64,000 nt of DNA, taken from assembly GCA_965649765.1 (NCBI GenBank), contig OZ287750.1, forward strand, positions 32,984,001-33,048,000, given 5' to 3'. The position numbers and the translations under genes were made by a program. Source of the DNA: Bispira polyomma. Taxonomy: Eukaryota. The notes under the pieces were generated by a model. It saw only the letters and a program-made list of their open reading frames with translations, ran no database searches and was not told the DNA's origin. Below are positions 50,154 through 62,322 of the stretch, piece after piece. Position 1 is the first letter of the stretch. The number at the start of each line of letters is the position of its first letter.

Positions 50154-52949
50154 GATACAACAGAGTACATGCCAGCTGAGACTACTCTGGAAAATCATAT
50201 GGAAATTATCATTAGGTGTCCAATGTTTCCAGGGACACCACAGATGCTGTGTTTCTACAAAAACTTTTATAACATCAAAATATGATTTATTTATTGATTA
50301 AATTTTATGTTCAAATTTGTACAATAAATATTTCTGCCACTTAGTTATTATAGAAGCTTCTTTCCATTGTATTAAACATGTTTAAATAAAAGTAATATCA
50401 GCACCAGTAAATTTTAAAGGGATCTGTACACATAAGAATTTTGTCAGCTATATACAAACCTTTGTGAGTTATAAATACTATGTGACAAATAGTTTTCAAA
50501 TATTACTAATGACACAGATCACATGCATTGCATGGATAGGTAAACTTAAGTGAAGTAGAGGCTGTACAGCTATTCTAGTGCTCCTATTTAGCACAATATA
50601 CCAATATTAAACATTATATCAAGATTGTCTTGAAAAACATGAATCAATATGACAAATCAATAATCTTTGGCTAACCTTGCTAAACTAAACTATTAAGCTG
50701 ATCAAGGTCAAGTTCACGAATGCATATACATGAGTGTTGAGGCTATTAAAACTGACTTTTAGGTTTTTCAATGTACATATGTACAATTCATATTCTATAT
50801 GCTACTTAAGTCAACTTATTTATAAAAGGAGGTCATCTGAATAGATATAAGATTTTTAAAAGGGGTTTGAGTGTCTATATTTATAAATATGTGTTTTAAT
50901 GAGAGATGTATGCTTCACTTGTCTGTAAAACATGTCTCTTTGTTTGTTCCCAAAATGTACCCAAAATTTCATCAAAACCAAATTCCTTTAATGTAAAATA
51001 ATATTATTCCACAGATACATGAAAAACAATAATTTCTTTAAGATGTTGTAAAACATGTGTTCTCTATAAACCTTGCAACAGTTTATTACATCATGAAACA
51101 TATTATGACATGGCCAGAGTGTTCTTTAATGAAACAAAAATGAGAACTAATGGCACCTTTCTGACCCATTTTAAATATAACTCAATAGCCATTTGGGTGG
51201 AATCCATACAGAAATTAATGATCCTTCTTAAGGATAATTATTAGTCATTTCCTGGAGATTCACTATATTTTTCGATGATGTGTGGGTCATTTATTACATC
51301 CAGAAAAGGCCATTTGTCTTTGGTGCAAGACACAGGCTACTTTTAGGACTTTAGGTAGTACTCAATTGCCATCGTCATGAAATGACTGCATTAAAACTAC
51401 GATCACATTAAGCATCGAAGAAAACAATCTTGCAGACTAAGTACAAGTAACATTTCTAAATTAAATTCACTGATAGTCAAATTAAATATGTTCTTATTTT
51501 AGTGGCAGTTTCACTAAACCATGCACTCGGAAATATTACCATTCCCAAGTTAAGTGATACTCCATTAAGTTTTAAGTGGATATAACAACTGGAATATTAT
51601 TTGATACAACTTCAGAATAACCCAAGATAACAGTAGTTAAATGTTATTGTTCTGAATTCTTATAAAATATATTTAGCAGTTGATAGAAGAATACAAGAAT
51701 TGAAAACAAGAGGGACACGATATGGGATGTCACATATTTAAGAAATGTATATTACCTTATGAAAGATTTCATCACCATGTAGATTTGACCCTTATTTTGT
51801 GTTGAATGGAATGTAGGCATAGTTAGTTGACCTCTGCTTTACATTAGCTCAACAAGTTCATTAAATAAATGCTAACATCTAGTAATATATAGATAATATA
51901 ATATATAGATAATATATCAAAATTTCACTTTTGGCAACAAAGGTAACTGATGACCATATATTGCTATACGGATGTCAAATAGAAATGCTGAATTGTCAAT
52001 GTTATTCACAGAAACCTATATTTGTTGCTGTATACCACAAAATGCATTTGTAAGTGAGTGGATTCACAATACTAATCATCTTCCAGACAAAACCCCTGCT
52101 GAAGAGTCCACTTGGTATGACTATAGTAGTTTGATGGGATAGATGTTTTATGATTTTTTTAAGGTAGCAAGATCAATGTATATTACAAATATGATCGCCA
52201 AAAGAAAAACATAACTGTAGAATTAAAATATATAGTAAGAGATTGGCAGAAAAAGGCTTAGTTTATTTTATTACTTGAGAAAACTCTAATACCATTAAAC
52301 AAGCATCACCCAACATAATTATTACATCCATACAGGGCTGTTTCAATTTGTCTCACTCAAAATATTGAATATATACCCCATTTTGTTAATATGTGTGTGA
52401 TCTGACATATTGAATCATGCTATGAAATAGGTTCCTATGTGTCAAATTAAAATTGTATTATGTTTAATTAAAAGCTTAGTTAATATTGTGGTTTTTTTTT
52501 TAAACAAAGCAAATCAAGTAATAGTTGCATTTTTGTATAACCGAATGATGTGCAGCAGACATGTCTCCACTTATTAAAACTAACATCTAGCACATGATAT
52601 GGAGTCAAGAGACTCAAAACATTCTGTCTGACCTGTTTGCCTGTGTGAGGGATGTTATCCCACCAAAAAAACTAGCAGCATTACCTTGTGAACCAGGGAC
52701 CTTTTAATCACCAGACTAACTCCCTAACCGCTAGACTATGAGAGGTGACAAAATTATTGAGTCTAATATAAATGTACACATGTCATAACAAAAACAAGCC
52801 ATTTAATAAAACAAGATAATAATGTTTCTTTTTTACTAAGGTTGCTATTCAGCAGAAGCATAGTTTTTGCTACTGTTTTCAGATATGACATAATATGTAT
52901 GATTTTAATTCACATTATTTAACCATTTTTAGTACTGTCATACATTGGT

Positions 52950-55110
52950 ACAAAGAAATTTCAATGGTTAACAAACCTGTTACATTGTAAAAATACCTTA
53001 TAAGAGGAAATTGTTTTTGCAGTTCAATAGACTATATTGTTTCTTTCTATATACATATACATCAATAAATATAATACAATATATACATTAATGACGTATG
53101 TATTAGTAAATATAATACATTATATACATTAGTGTCGTATGTGCAAATAAATATATTATAGACTGACAAAATATTTACTATTTTTTGCGAGCTTCTTTCC
53201 ATTAATAAAGATACTTACTCAGAAATTATCAATAACTTCTAATTATTCCACCTTTTGCTAAAATTTTGATTGTGCACATGATATTTGCTTAATAGTTCTT
53301 CCTCCAAAAATACTCTTTGAAAACTTTCTGTAACATTTTAAATTTAGTTGGTAGTTTTTGTTACAACATTTTAAACTTAATCTTTGCATTATTAACAGCA
53401 GGAAATTTAGTGGCCAAAAATAATCTTTCATGTTAGTATATCCAATATTTTCATTTTTGTATACAGATTGACTTTAATTAATGCACATAAAATATACCAT
53501 AAACATTGTTTTTTCACACTGAACAAACACATGGTTGGCAGTTTCTGTACCTTTTTCACACAGACTACACATATCATTGTTCGATACTTTAATCTTATGG
53601 AGGTATTGCCTAGTACCAAGTATATTGTATAAAATTCTATATTAAAACCATTTCAGTGTATTATCATTCACTGTGTTGAAGCTTATTTTGTAGATTATTT
53701 TCCATTTGTCCTTTTTTATTTTGAAATTCAACTTGTTTTGCATTTTTTTAATACGTTGGGATCTGAACAAATATGTTTTTATTTAATATTTCATAAATTT
53801 TCTGACTTCCTTTTCCAGATTGATACAAATTTAAATATGAAATGGACGAAATGGTCTTATGAGAATGAAGTTATCTCCTTGTTTTTGTACTTTTATATAC
53901 TGTTTTATAACCATTTTAATTCTATAAAAGTTTAGAATATTTATCTTTATATCATATAATTGTTCAATTTTATTAACTGTTCGTATGTCTTCATGCTCAT
54001 TTACTAAGTCCCCAACTATTCCCTTGTTTTTCCCATTCAGGAAAGCAACAATAGTCATGTGGTTTTCAGAAAATTGTTTGCTCTACCAAAGTGAAGTTTC
54101 TAAAATATCAAAATTGTCTCTAACTTTCAGTAAGAAACAAAAATTTTCCCGTTCCTAAAAAATTTGTTTCCAAATACGGTTGTTTAACTTTTTTGCAATG
54201 GTCAAACTCCATTCTGCCGCTCTTGAGAGTAGTTTTTTAATTACACATATTGCAGTCAATACATGGTACCAAGGAGGCTCATTTAATTTATTACAATCGA
54301 AAATTTGCTTAATCGATCTTAATTTCATAGAGTTTACAAAGTTAAAAATATTTATTAAGTTTAGACCTCCATTAGTGTTGCTCATGCACATATTTTTTCC
54401 TACTGAGTTTATCAATTTTTCTATCCCAATTAAAATTGTATAGAATACTATTAATTTCATCTAGCATTTATATCATTACTGGGATAGACATGAATAAATT
54501 ATTCAGAATTGGTATTAGTACAGTTTTAACAACTGTGATTTTAGCTATGGGCATCGGGGCTGCGGTGGCCTAGTGGTTAACAAGCATTGCGCTTCACAAT
54601 CTGGGCGGCGTGAGTTCGAATCCCGTCGATGCCTATGTGGGAAAGATGGTAGTTCCTTACTGTGGGCCGCTGGTTTCTCTGCAGAACCTTGACCGACTGT
54701 ATGCAGTGTTTCCTCCAGCGTTTCCAACTACCCATCCCAATATAACCTACTAAAAGGTACTAGAGTGGACGTTAAATATCCAAATTCAAATTAAATCAAA
54801 CCTATGGGCGTCAAAAAAAAACAAAAAACGATTTAGCCAATGTCCTATTGTAGATTTTACTTTCTTTATTAACATTTTTTGTTGGAATACACTTCAAATC
54901 CACAGAATATTCGCGACACAGCAAGTTCAAATCGTTTATTTTCCAACTTAAGTCCATATTTACATGAAGCTTGTCTTTAGAATATCTTTTTTCCCCAATC
55001 CAAATCAATTTTGTCTTATCTGTATTTACTTTTAAGCCTGACCAGGAACCATATATTTCAAGAACATTTAGTGTTGTCTGTAGTGACAAAGTACTGTCAT
55101 TTAACACTAT
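52950..55110 (-). mobile_element. Decayed L1/Tx1-clade ORF2 3' fragment (unit 2)
   Basis: YGSWSGLKVNTDKTKLIWIG, GGLNLINIFNFVNSMKL, decayed C-terminal Cys cluster. Confidence 0.8.
54553..54801 (+). mobile_element. tRNA-derived SINE (~250 bp) with 8-bp TSD
   Basis: A box TGGCCTAGTGG, B box GAGTTCGAATCCC, ggtttctc...gtttcctcc body, (caaat)-like tail; TSD CTATGGGC at 54545-54552 and 54802-54809; empty sites at ~44216 and ~60630. Confidence 0.92.
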
Positions 55111-55879
55111 GGTTATAAGTGGTAATTTGATGCGGCGTTAAATTTAACGTTTGAGTCAATAAGATTGTATCAGGAAATTTAGTGATACTAAAAGTGAGGG
55201 CAAAATAAAATTGTATTATACTTAATTGAGCAAGAGGCAAGTAGTTGTTGGGAAAGAGTTACAATCACAATAATTATCATTCTACTGAATAATGATTGAG
55301 ATAACATAATAACATCTGCAAAAAAACATGACCTATCTGACAACATCAGTAGAGAAAAACCTTCTATAAAATGCAGAACATTGTTTAATTTTTGTCACAT
55401 ACCAAATAACACATGCATCATTACTTTTATGTAAATGTTATACTTATGGTTTGTAAAAAATATCCTTGATTTATTAGTTTTTGTCAAACAATCACTTTAA
55501 TTATTGGTTGGTATGTTTATATTTTCCGTGTTTTGTAACTCAACTGACTTTGTGTTGAATTATGATACCCTGATACTGTTAATTAAGTCCACCTGTGCAC
55601 CAAATACCAGACAACTGGGGTGTTACATAACAAAAACCTTCAAGCAGACATCATGATGCTGACATTTGGTCACTCTGCATAGAGAACAGTGTACAGTTTA
55701 TCTATCCCACTACTGTTGATAGCCAATTTACACAACTGGTGTGCCAAAGAATGCAAATACCTGGGATCATTAAGCTCAACAGGATAGGTGCCTTTGAGGG
55801 TATATATAGGCAGTATATCACTGTCATGACATAGTTCAATCTCTTAGTATTGAATACACATCACAAACCACTTGACATA

Positions 55880-56605
55880 ATGAAGCTGTTGTTGGTAGTT
55901 CTAGCTATTGTGGGTACAGTTTCAGCAAGTGTAAAAGAAACCAGGCATGTGAAAGAAGAAAAACAATATGGTGAACATGAGGTCCCCTACAAGAAACAAT
56001 ATTCTTATCATGGGAAATATAATGGCAAATGTAACAAAGATGGATTTTACTACAAAGATGCAAAGAGCATTGTCATTTGCAGTAATAACAATGCCTATGT
56101 CCAACCTTGTGCACCAGGAAGTAGAAATTCAGGTTATGAAAGCTTCTATTCTGGTGCTACCTATTACTATCGTGACTTTTGTGACATCAACCTGGTTGAT
56201 CATGGTTACGATGTAAGCCATTATGGAACCCCTGACAAGACATCACATTATGCTGGACCCAAGCAGGAAGTGTCTTACAGCAAGCAGTATGCTTATCATG
56301 GAAAATATGGTGGCAAGTGTGATAACGATGGCTTCTATTATAGAGATGACGATAGCTTTGTTATCTGCAGCAACAACAATGCTTATGTTCAGCCATGTGC
56401 CCCAGGAACACGCAACTCTGGCTACAACAACTACTATCCAGGATCTGCTTATTATTACCGTGACTTCTGTGATGTCAACCTTGTAGATTATGGCTATGGT
56501 GCACACTATGGTGGATATGTCAACAAACGCATTAACTATGGAAGACCTGATGTTCACAGAAGGCAAGACCAATACACAGAGTCCGGTGATAGATATAGTA
56601 GATAG
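55880..56605 (+). CDS. Secreted Tyr/Gly-rich CBM14-like tandem-domain protein, copy 3 (241 aa)
   Basis: Same architecture and 726-bp length; TATA at 55801, AATAAA at 56775. Confidence 0.88.
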   Translation: MKLLLVVLAIVGTVSASVKETRHVKEEKQYGEHEVPYKKQYSYHGKYNGKCNKDGFYYKDAKSIVICSNNNAYVQPCAPGSRNSGYESFYSGATYYYRDFCDINLVDHGYDVSHYGTPDKTSHYAGPKQEVSYSKQYAYHGKYGGKCDNDGFYYRDDDSFVICSNNNAYVQPCAPGTRNSGYNNYYPGSAYYYRDFCDVNLVDYGYGAHYGGYVNKRINYGRPDVHRRQDQYTESGDRYSR

Positions 56606-59449
56606 GATACAACAGAGTACATGCCAGCTGAGACTACTCTGGAAAATCATATGGAAATTATCATTAGGTGTCCAATGTTTCCAGGGACACCACAGATGCT
56701 GTGTTTCTACAAAAACTTTTATAACATCAAACTATGATTTAATTATTGATTAAATTTTATGTTCAAATTTGTACAATAAATATTTCTGCCACTAATTTAT
56801 TACTGATGCACCATTGTTGGGAAAATTGTATCATATTAGAAGCTTCTTTCCAGTGTATTAAACATATATTAAATAAAAGTAATATCAGCACCAGTAAATT
56901 TTAAAGGGATCTGTACACATAAGAATATTGTCAGCTATATACAAACCTTTGTGAGTTATAAATACTATGTGACAAATACTTTGCAAATATTACTAATGAC
57001 ACAAATCACATGCATTGCATAGATAGGTAAACTTATGTGAAGTAGAGGCTGTACAGCTATTCTAGTGCTCCTATTTAACACAATATACCAATATTAAACA
57101 TTATATCAAGATTGTCTTAAAAACATGAATCAATATGACAAAATCAATAGTCTTTGGCTAACCTTGCTAAACTAAACTACCAAGTTGATCAAAGTCAAGT
57201 TTACAAATGCTGATACAAAAGTGTTGGGACAATTAAAACTGACTCTTAGGTTTTTCAATGTACATATGTATAATTCATATTCTACATGCTACTTAAGTCA
57301 ACTAATTTATAAAAGGAGGTCATCTTAATAGATACAGGAATTTCAAAAGGGGTTTGAGTGTCTATATTTATAAATATGTTTTTTAAGTTAAATGACAGAT
57401 GTATGCTTGACTTGTCCACAAAACATGCCTTTTTGTGAGTACATCCCAAAGTTTCACCAAAACCAAATTACTTTAATGTAAAATAATATTATTCCACAGA
57501 TAAATATGTAAAAAAAAATTTCTTTATGTTGTTGTAAAACATGTGTTCTCTATAAACCTTGCAACAGTTTATTACATCATGAAACATATTAGGACATGAC
57601 CAGAGTGCTCTCTAATGAAACAAAAATGAGAACTATTGTCACCCCTCTGACCCATTTTTAAATATGACTTAAATATGACAGAAATTAATGATCCCTCCTA
57701 AGAATAATTGTTAGTATAGTCATTTCCTGGAGATTCAGTATATTTTTCGAAAATGTGTGGGTCATTTATTACATCCAGGAAAAGCCAAATTTGTTTTTGG
57801 TGCAAGACACAGACTACTTTTAGGACTCTGGATAGTACTCAAGTGCCATCATCATAAAATGACTGCATTAAAATTACAATTACGTTAAGCATATAACAAA
57901 ACAACCTTGCAGACTAAGTACAAGTAACATTTCTACATTAAATTTACTGATAGTCAAATTACATATGGTCTGATTTTAATGGCAGTTTCACTAAATCATG
58001 CAGTCTGAAATATTACCATTGCCAAATTAAGTGTCACCTGAGACAAATTTATAAACTTTCAGATACTCCATTCAGTTTTAAGTGGATATAACCACTGGAA
58101 TATTATTTGATACAACTTCAGTGTAACCCAAGATGCAAGTAGTTGAATGTCAAAGTTATTGTTCTGATCAAATAAATAACATATATTTAGCAGTTGATAG
58201 AAGAATACAAGCATTGAAAACAAGAAGGACAACATATGGGATGTCACATATTTATCTGCTTATAAAAATATATATATACTACCTTATGAAAGATTTCATC
58301 ATCATGTAGATTTGACCCTTATTTTGTGTTGAATGGAATCTAGGCATAGTTAGTTGACCTCTTCTTTACATTTTGCATCTTTCATTAGCTCAACAAGTTC
58401 ATTGAATATCAATGCTAGCATAGGGGGATAATATAGTAATATACAGATAACATAAAAAATTTCACTTTTAGCAACAAAGGTAACTGATGACCTATATATT
58501 GCTATAAAGATGTCAAATCAAAATGCTGAATTGTCAATGTTATTCACAGGAACCTTTATTGTAGCTGTATACCACAAAACACATATGTAGGTGAGGGCAT
58601 TCACAATACTAATCATCTTGCAGACAACACCTATGCTAAAGAGTCCACTTGCTATGACTATGTCAGTTTGATAGGATAGATGTTTTCTGATTCTCTTAAG
58701 GTAGCAAGATCAATGTATATTAGATATATCATTGCTGAAAGAAAAAAAATAACTAGAGACTAAAAATATATAGTAAGAGGTTGGTAGAAAAAGCTTAATT
58801 TATTTTATTACTTCAGAAATCTGTAATACCAATAAGTAAGCATCATCTAACATAATTATTACATCCATACAGGGCTGTTTCAATATGTCTTACTCAAAAT
58901 ATTGAATAAATACCCCATTTTGTTAATATGTGTGTGACCTGATAGATTGGATCATGCCATGAGATAGTATCACATGGAAAATTTAAATTGTATTATCTTT
59001 AAGTAAAAACTTATTGTTAACATTGTATATTTTTTAAAACAAAGCAAATCAAGTGATAAAAGTTGCAGAATCAGCAGAAATGTCTCCACTTATTAAAGCT
59101 AACATCTAGCACATGATATGGAGTCAAGAGACTCAAAACATTCTGTCTGGCCTGTTTGCCTGTGTGAGGGATGTTATCCCACCAAAGAAACTAGCAACAT
59201 TTACCTGTGAATCAGGGACCTTCTAATCACCAGATTAACATCCTAACCACTAGACCATGGGATATGACATTATTACTGAGGCTAATATAACAAAAACATG
59301 TAATTTATTAATTTAATTATATGACTCTTTTTTGCTAAAGTTGCTATTCAGCAGAGGCATAGTTTTTGCTACCTTTTTCAGATATGACATAATATGTATG
59401 ATTTTAATTTACATTATTTAACCATTTTTAGTACTGCCATATATTGGTA

Positions 59450-60930
59450 CAAAAAAAGTTCAATGGTTAACAAACCTGTTACATTGTAAAAATACCTTAT
59501 AAGTGGTAATTTTTTTTAGTTCAATGAACTTTATTGTTTCTTTCTATATACATATACATGAATAAATATAATACAATATATACATCAGTAACATATGTAT
59601 AAATAAATATAATAAACATTGCTTTTTTCACATTAAACAAACAAATGGTAGACCTTTTTTACACACATAGACTATAAATATCATTGTTTAATACTTATGG
59701 AGGTATTGCCTAGTACTAAGTATATTATATAAAATTCTATATTGAAACCATTTCTGAATCAGTGTATTATCATTTACTGTGTTGAAGCTTATTTTGTAGA
59801 TATTTGTCCTTTTCTATCTTTAAATTCAAGTTGTTTTGCCCTTTTTTACACTTTGGGATCTGAAGAGATATGTTTTTATTTAATGTTTCGTAAATTTTCT
59901 TACTTCCTTTTCCAGATTGATACAAACTTTTAATATGAAATGGACGAAATGGTCTTATGAGAATGAAGTTATCTCCTTGTTTTTGTACTTTTATATACTG
60001 TTTCATAGCCATTCTAATTCTATAAAAGTTTAGAATATTTATCTTTATATCATATAATTGTTCAATTTTATTAACTGTTCGTATGTCTACATGCTCATTT
60101 ACTAAGTCCCCAACTATTCCCTTGTTTTTCCCATTCAGGAGTCATGTGGTTTTCAGAAAATTGTGTGTTGTACCATAGTGGAGTTTCTAAAATATGAAAA
60201 TTGTCTTTAACTTTTAGTAAGAAACAAAAATTTTCCCATTCCTGAAAAATTTGTTTCCAAAAGTGTATGTTTAATTTTTTTGCAATGGTCAAACTCCATT
60301 CTGCCCCTCTTGAGCGTAGTTTTTTAATTACACATATTGCAGTCAATACATGGTACCAAGGAGGCTCATTTGATTGATTACAATCAAATATTCGCTTAAT
60401 CCATCTTAATTTCACAGAGTTTACAAAGTTAAAAATTATTATCATGTTTAGACCTCCATTAGTGTTGCTCATACACATATTTTTCCTACTGAGTTCATCA
60501 ATTTTTCTATCCAAAATAAAATTGTATAGAATACTATTAATTTCATCTAGCATTTGTTTCATTACTGGGAAAGACGTGAATAAATTATTCAGAATTGGTA
60601 ATAGTAAAGTTTAACAACTGTTACTTTACCTATGGGCTTCAAAACTTTCTTTATTGACTTAGACTTATCAACTTTTTTTGTTGAAATACACTTATAATCT
60701 ACAAAAAATTCGATACACAGCAAGTTAAAATCGGTTACTCCCCAACGTAAGTCCATATTTACATAAAGCTTGTAATATAAGTTTCATAAAGCTTAGAATA
60801 TCTTTTTTTTCCAAATCCAAATCAATTTTGTCTTATCTGTATTTACTTTTAAGCCTGACCAGGAACCATATATTTCATGAACAAATAGTGTTGTCTGTAG
60901 GGACAAAGTACTGTCATTTAACACTATGGT
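59450..60930 (-). mobile_element. Decayed L1/Tx1-clade ORF2 3' fragment (unit 3)
   Basis: EINSILYNFILDRK...GGLNM...LETPLWYN; paralogous to the unit 1 and 2 fragments. Confidence 0.8.
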
Positions 60931-61596
60931 TATAAGTGGTAATTTGATGAGGTGTTAAATTTAACTTTTGAGTCAACAAGCTTGTATCGGAAAATTGAGT
61001 GATACTAAAAGTGAGGGGAATTAAAATTGTATTATATTTAAATAGAGCAAGAGGAAAGTCGTTGTGTTGAAAAGAGTTACAATCACACTAATTATCATTC
61101 TCCTGATTAATGATTCAGATAACATAATAAATTCTGCAAAAAACATGACCTACCTGACAACATCAGTAGAAAAAAAAACCTTTTATGAAATGCAGAACAT
61201 TGTTTAATTTTTGTCCCATACCAAATATGACATGCACCATTACTTTTATGCAATCATAATACTTATGTTTTATAAAATATCCTTGATTTATAAGTTTTCG
61301 ACAAACAACAGCAACAGATACCAGACAACTGGGGTGTTAAATAACAAAAACCTTCTAGCACACATCAAGATGCTGACATTTGGTCACTCTACATAAAGAA
61401 CAGTATTCAGTATAACTATCCCACTACTGTTGATAGCCAATTTACACAACTGGTGTGCCAAAGAATGCGAATACCTGGGATCATTAGGCTGGACAGGATA
61501 GGTGCCTTTGACTGTATATATAGGCAGTATATCACTGTCATTACACAGTTCAATCATCTCGTAGTATTGAATGGACATCACAAACCACTTGACAGA

Positions 61597-62322
61597 ATGA
61601 AGTTGTTGTTGGTAGTTCTAGCTATTGTGGGTATAGTTTCGGCAAGTGTAATAGAAACCAAGCATGTGAAAGAAGAAAAACATTATGATGAACATGAGGT
61701 TTCCTACAAGAAGCAATATTCTTATCATGGCAAATATAATGGCAAATGTGACAAAGATGGATTTTACTACAAAGATGCCGAGAGCTTTGTCATTTGCAGT
61801 AATAACAATGCTTATCTCCAACCTTGTGCACCAGGAAGTAGAAACTCAGGTTATGGAAGCTTTAATTCTGATGCTACCTATTACTATCATGACTTTTGTG
61901 GCATCAACCTGGTTGATCATGGTTACGGTGTAAAATATTATGAAACCCCTGACAAGACCTCACATTATGGTGGACCCAAGCAGGAAGTGTCTTACAACAA
62001 GCAGTATGCTTATCATGGAAAACATGGTGGCAAGTGTGATATCGATGGCTTCTATCATAGAGATGACGATAGCTTTGTTATCTGCAGCAACAACAATGCT
62101 TATGTTCAGCCATGTGCCCCAGGAACACGCAACTCTGGCTACAACAACTACTATCCAGGATCTGCTTATTATTACCGTGACTTCTGTGATGTCAACCTTG
62201 TAGATTATGGCTATGGTGCACACTATGGTGGATATGTCAACAAAGGTATTAACTATGGAAGACCCAATGTTCACAACAGGCAAGACCGATACACAGAGTC
62301 TGGTGATAGATATAGTAGATAG
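61597..62322 (+). CDS. Secreted Tyr/Gly-rich CBM14-like tandem-domain protein, copy 4 (241 aa)
   Basis: Same architecture and 726-bp length; TATA at 61515, AATAAA at 62492; several private substitutions (FCG instead of FCD in domain 1). Confidence 0.87.
   Translation: MKLLLVVLAIVGIVSASVIETKHVKEEKHYDEHEVSYKKQYSYHGKYNGKCDKDGFYYKDAESFVICSNNNAYLQPCAPGSRNSGYGSFNSDATYYYHDFCGINLVDHGYGVKYYETPDKTSHYGGPKQEVSYNKQYAYHGKHGGKCDIDGFYHRDDDSFVICSNNNAYVQPCAPGTRNSGYNNYYPGSAYYYRDFCDVNLVDYGYGAHYGGYVNKGINYGRPNVHNRQDRYTESGDRYSR

Noticed and set aside
54553-54635. tRNA gene
   Set aside because: A/B boxes are followed by a SINE body, tail and TSD, and paralogous empty sites exist.
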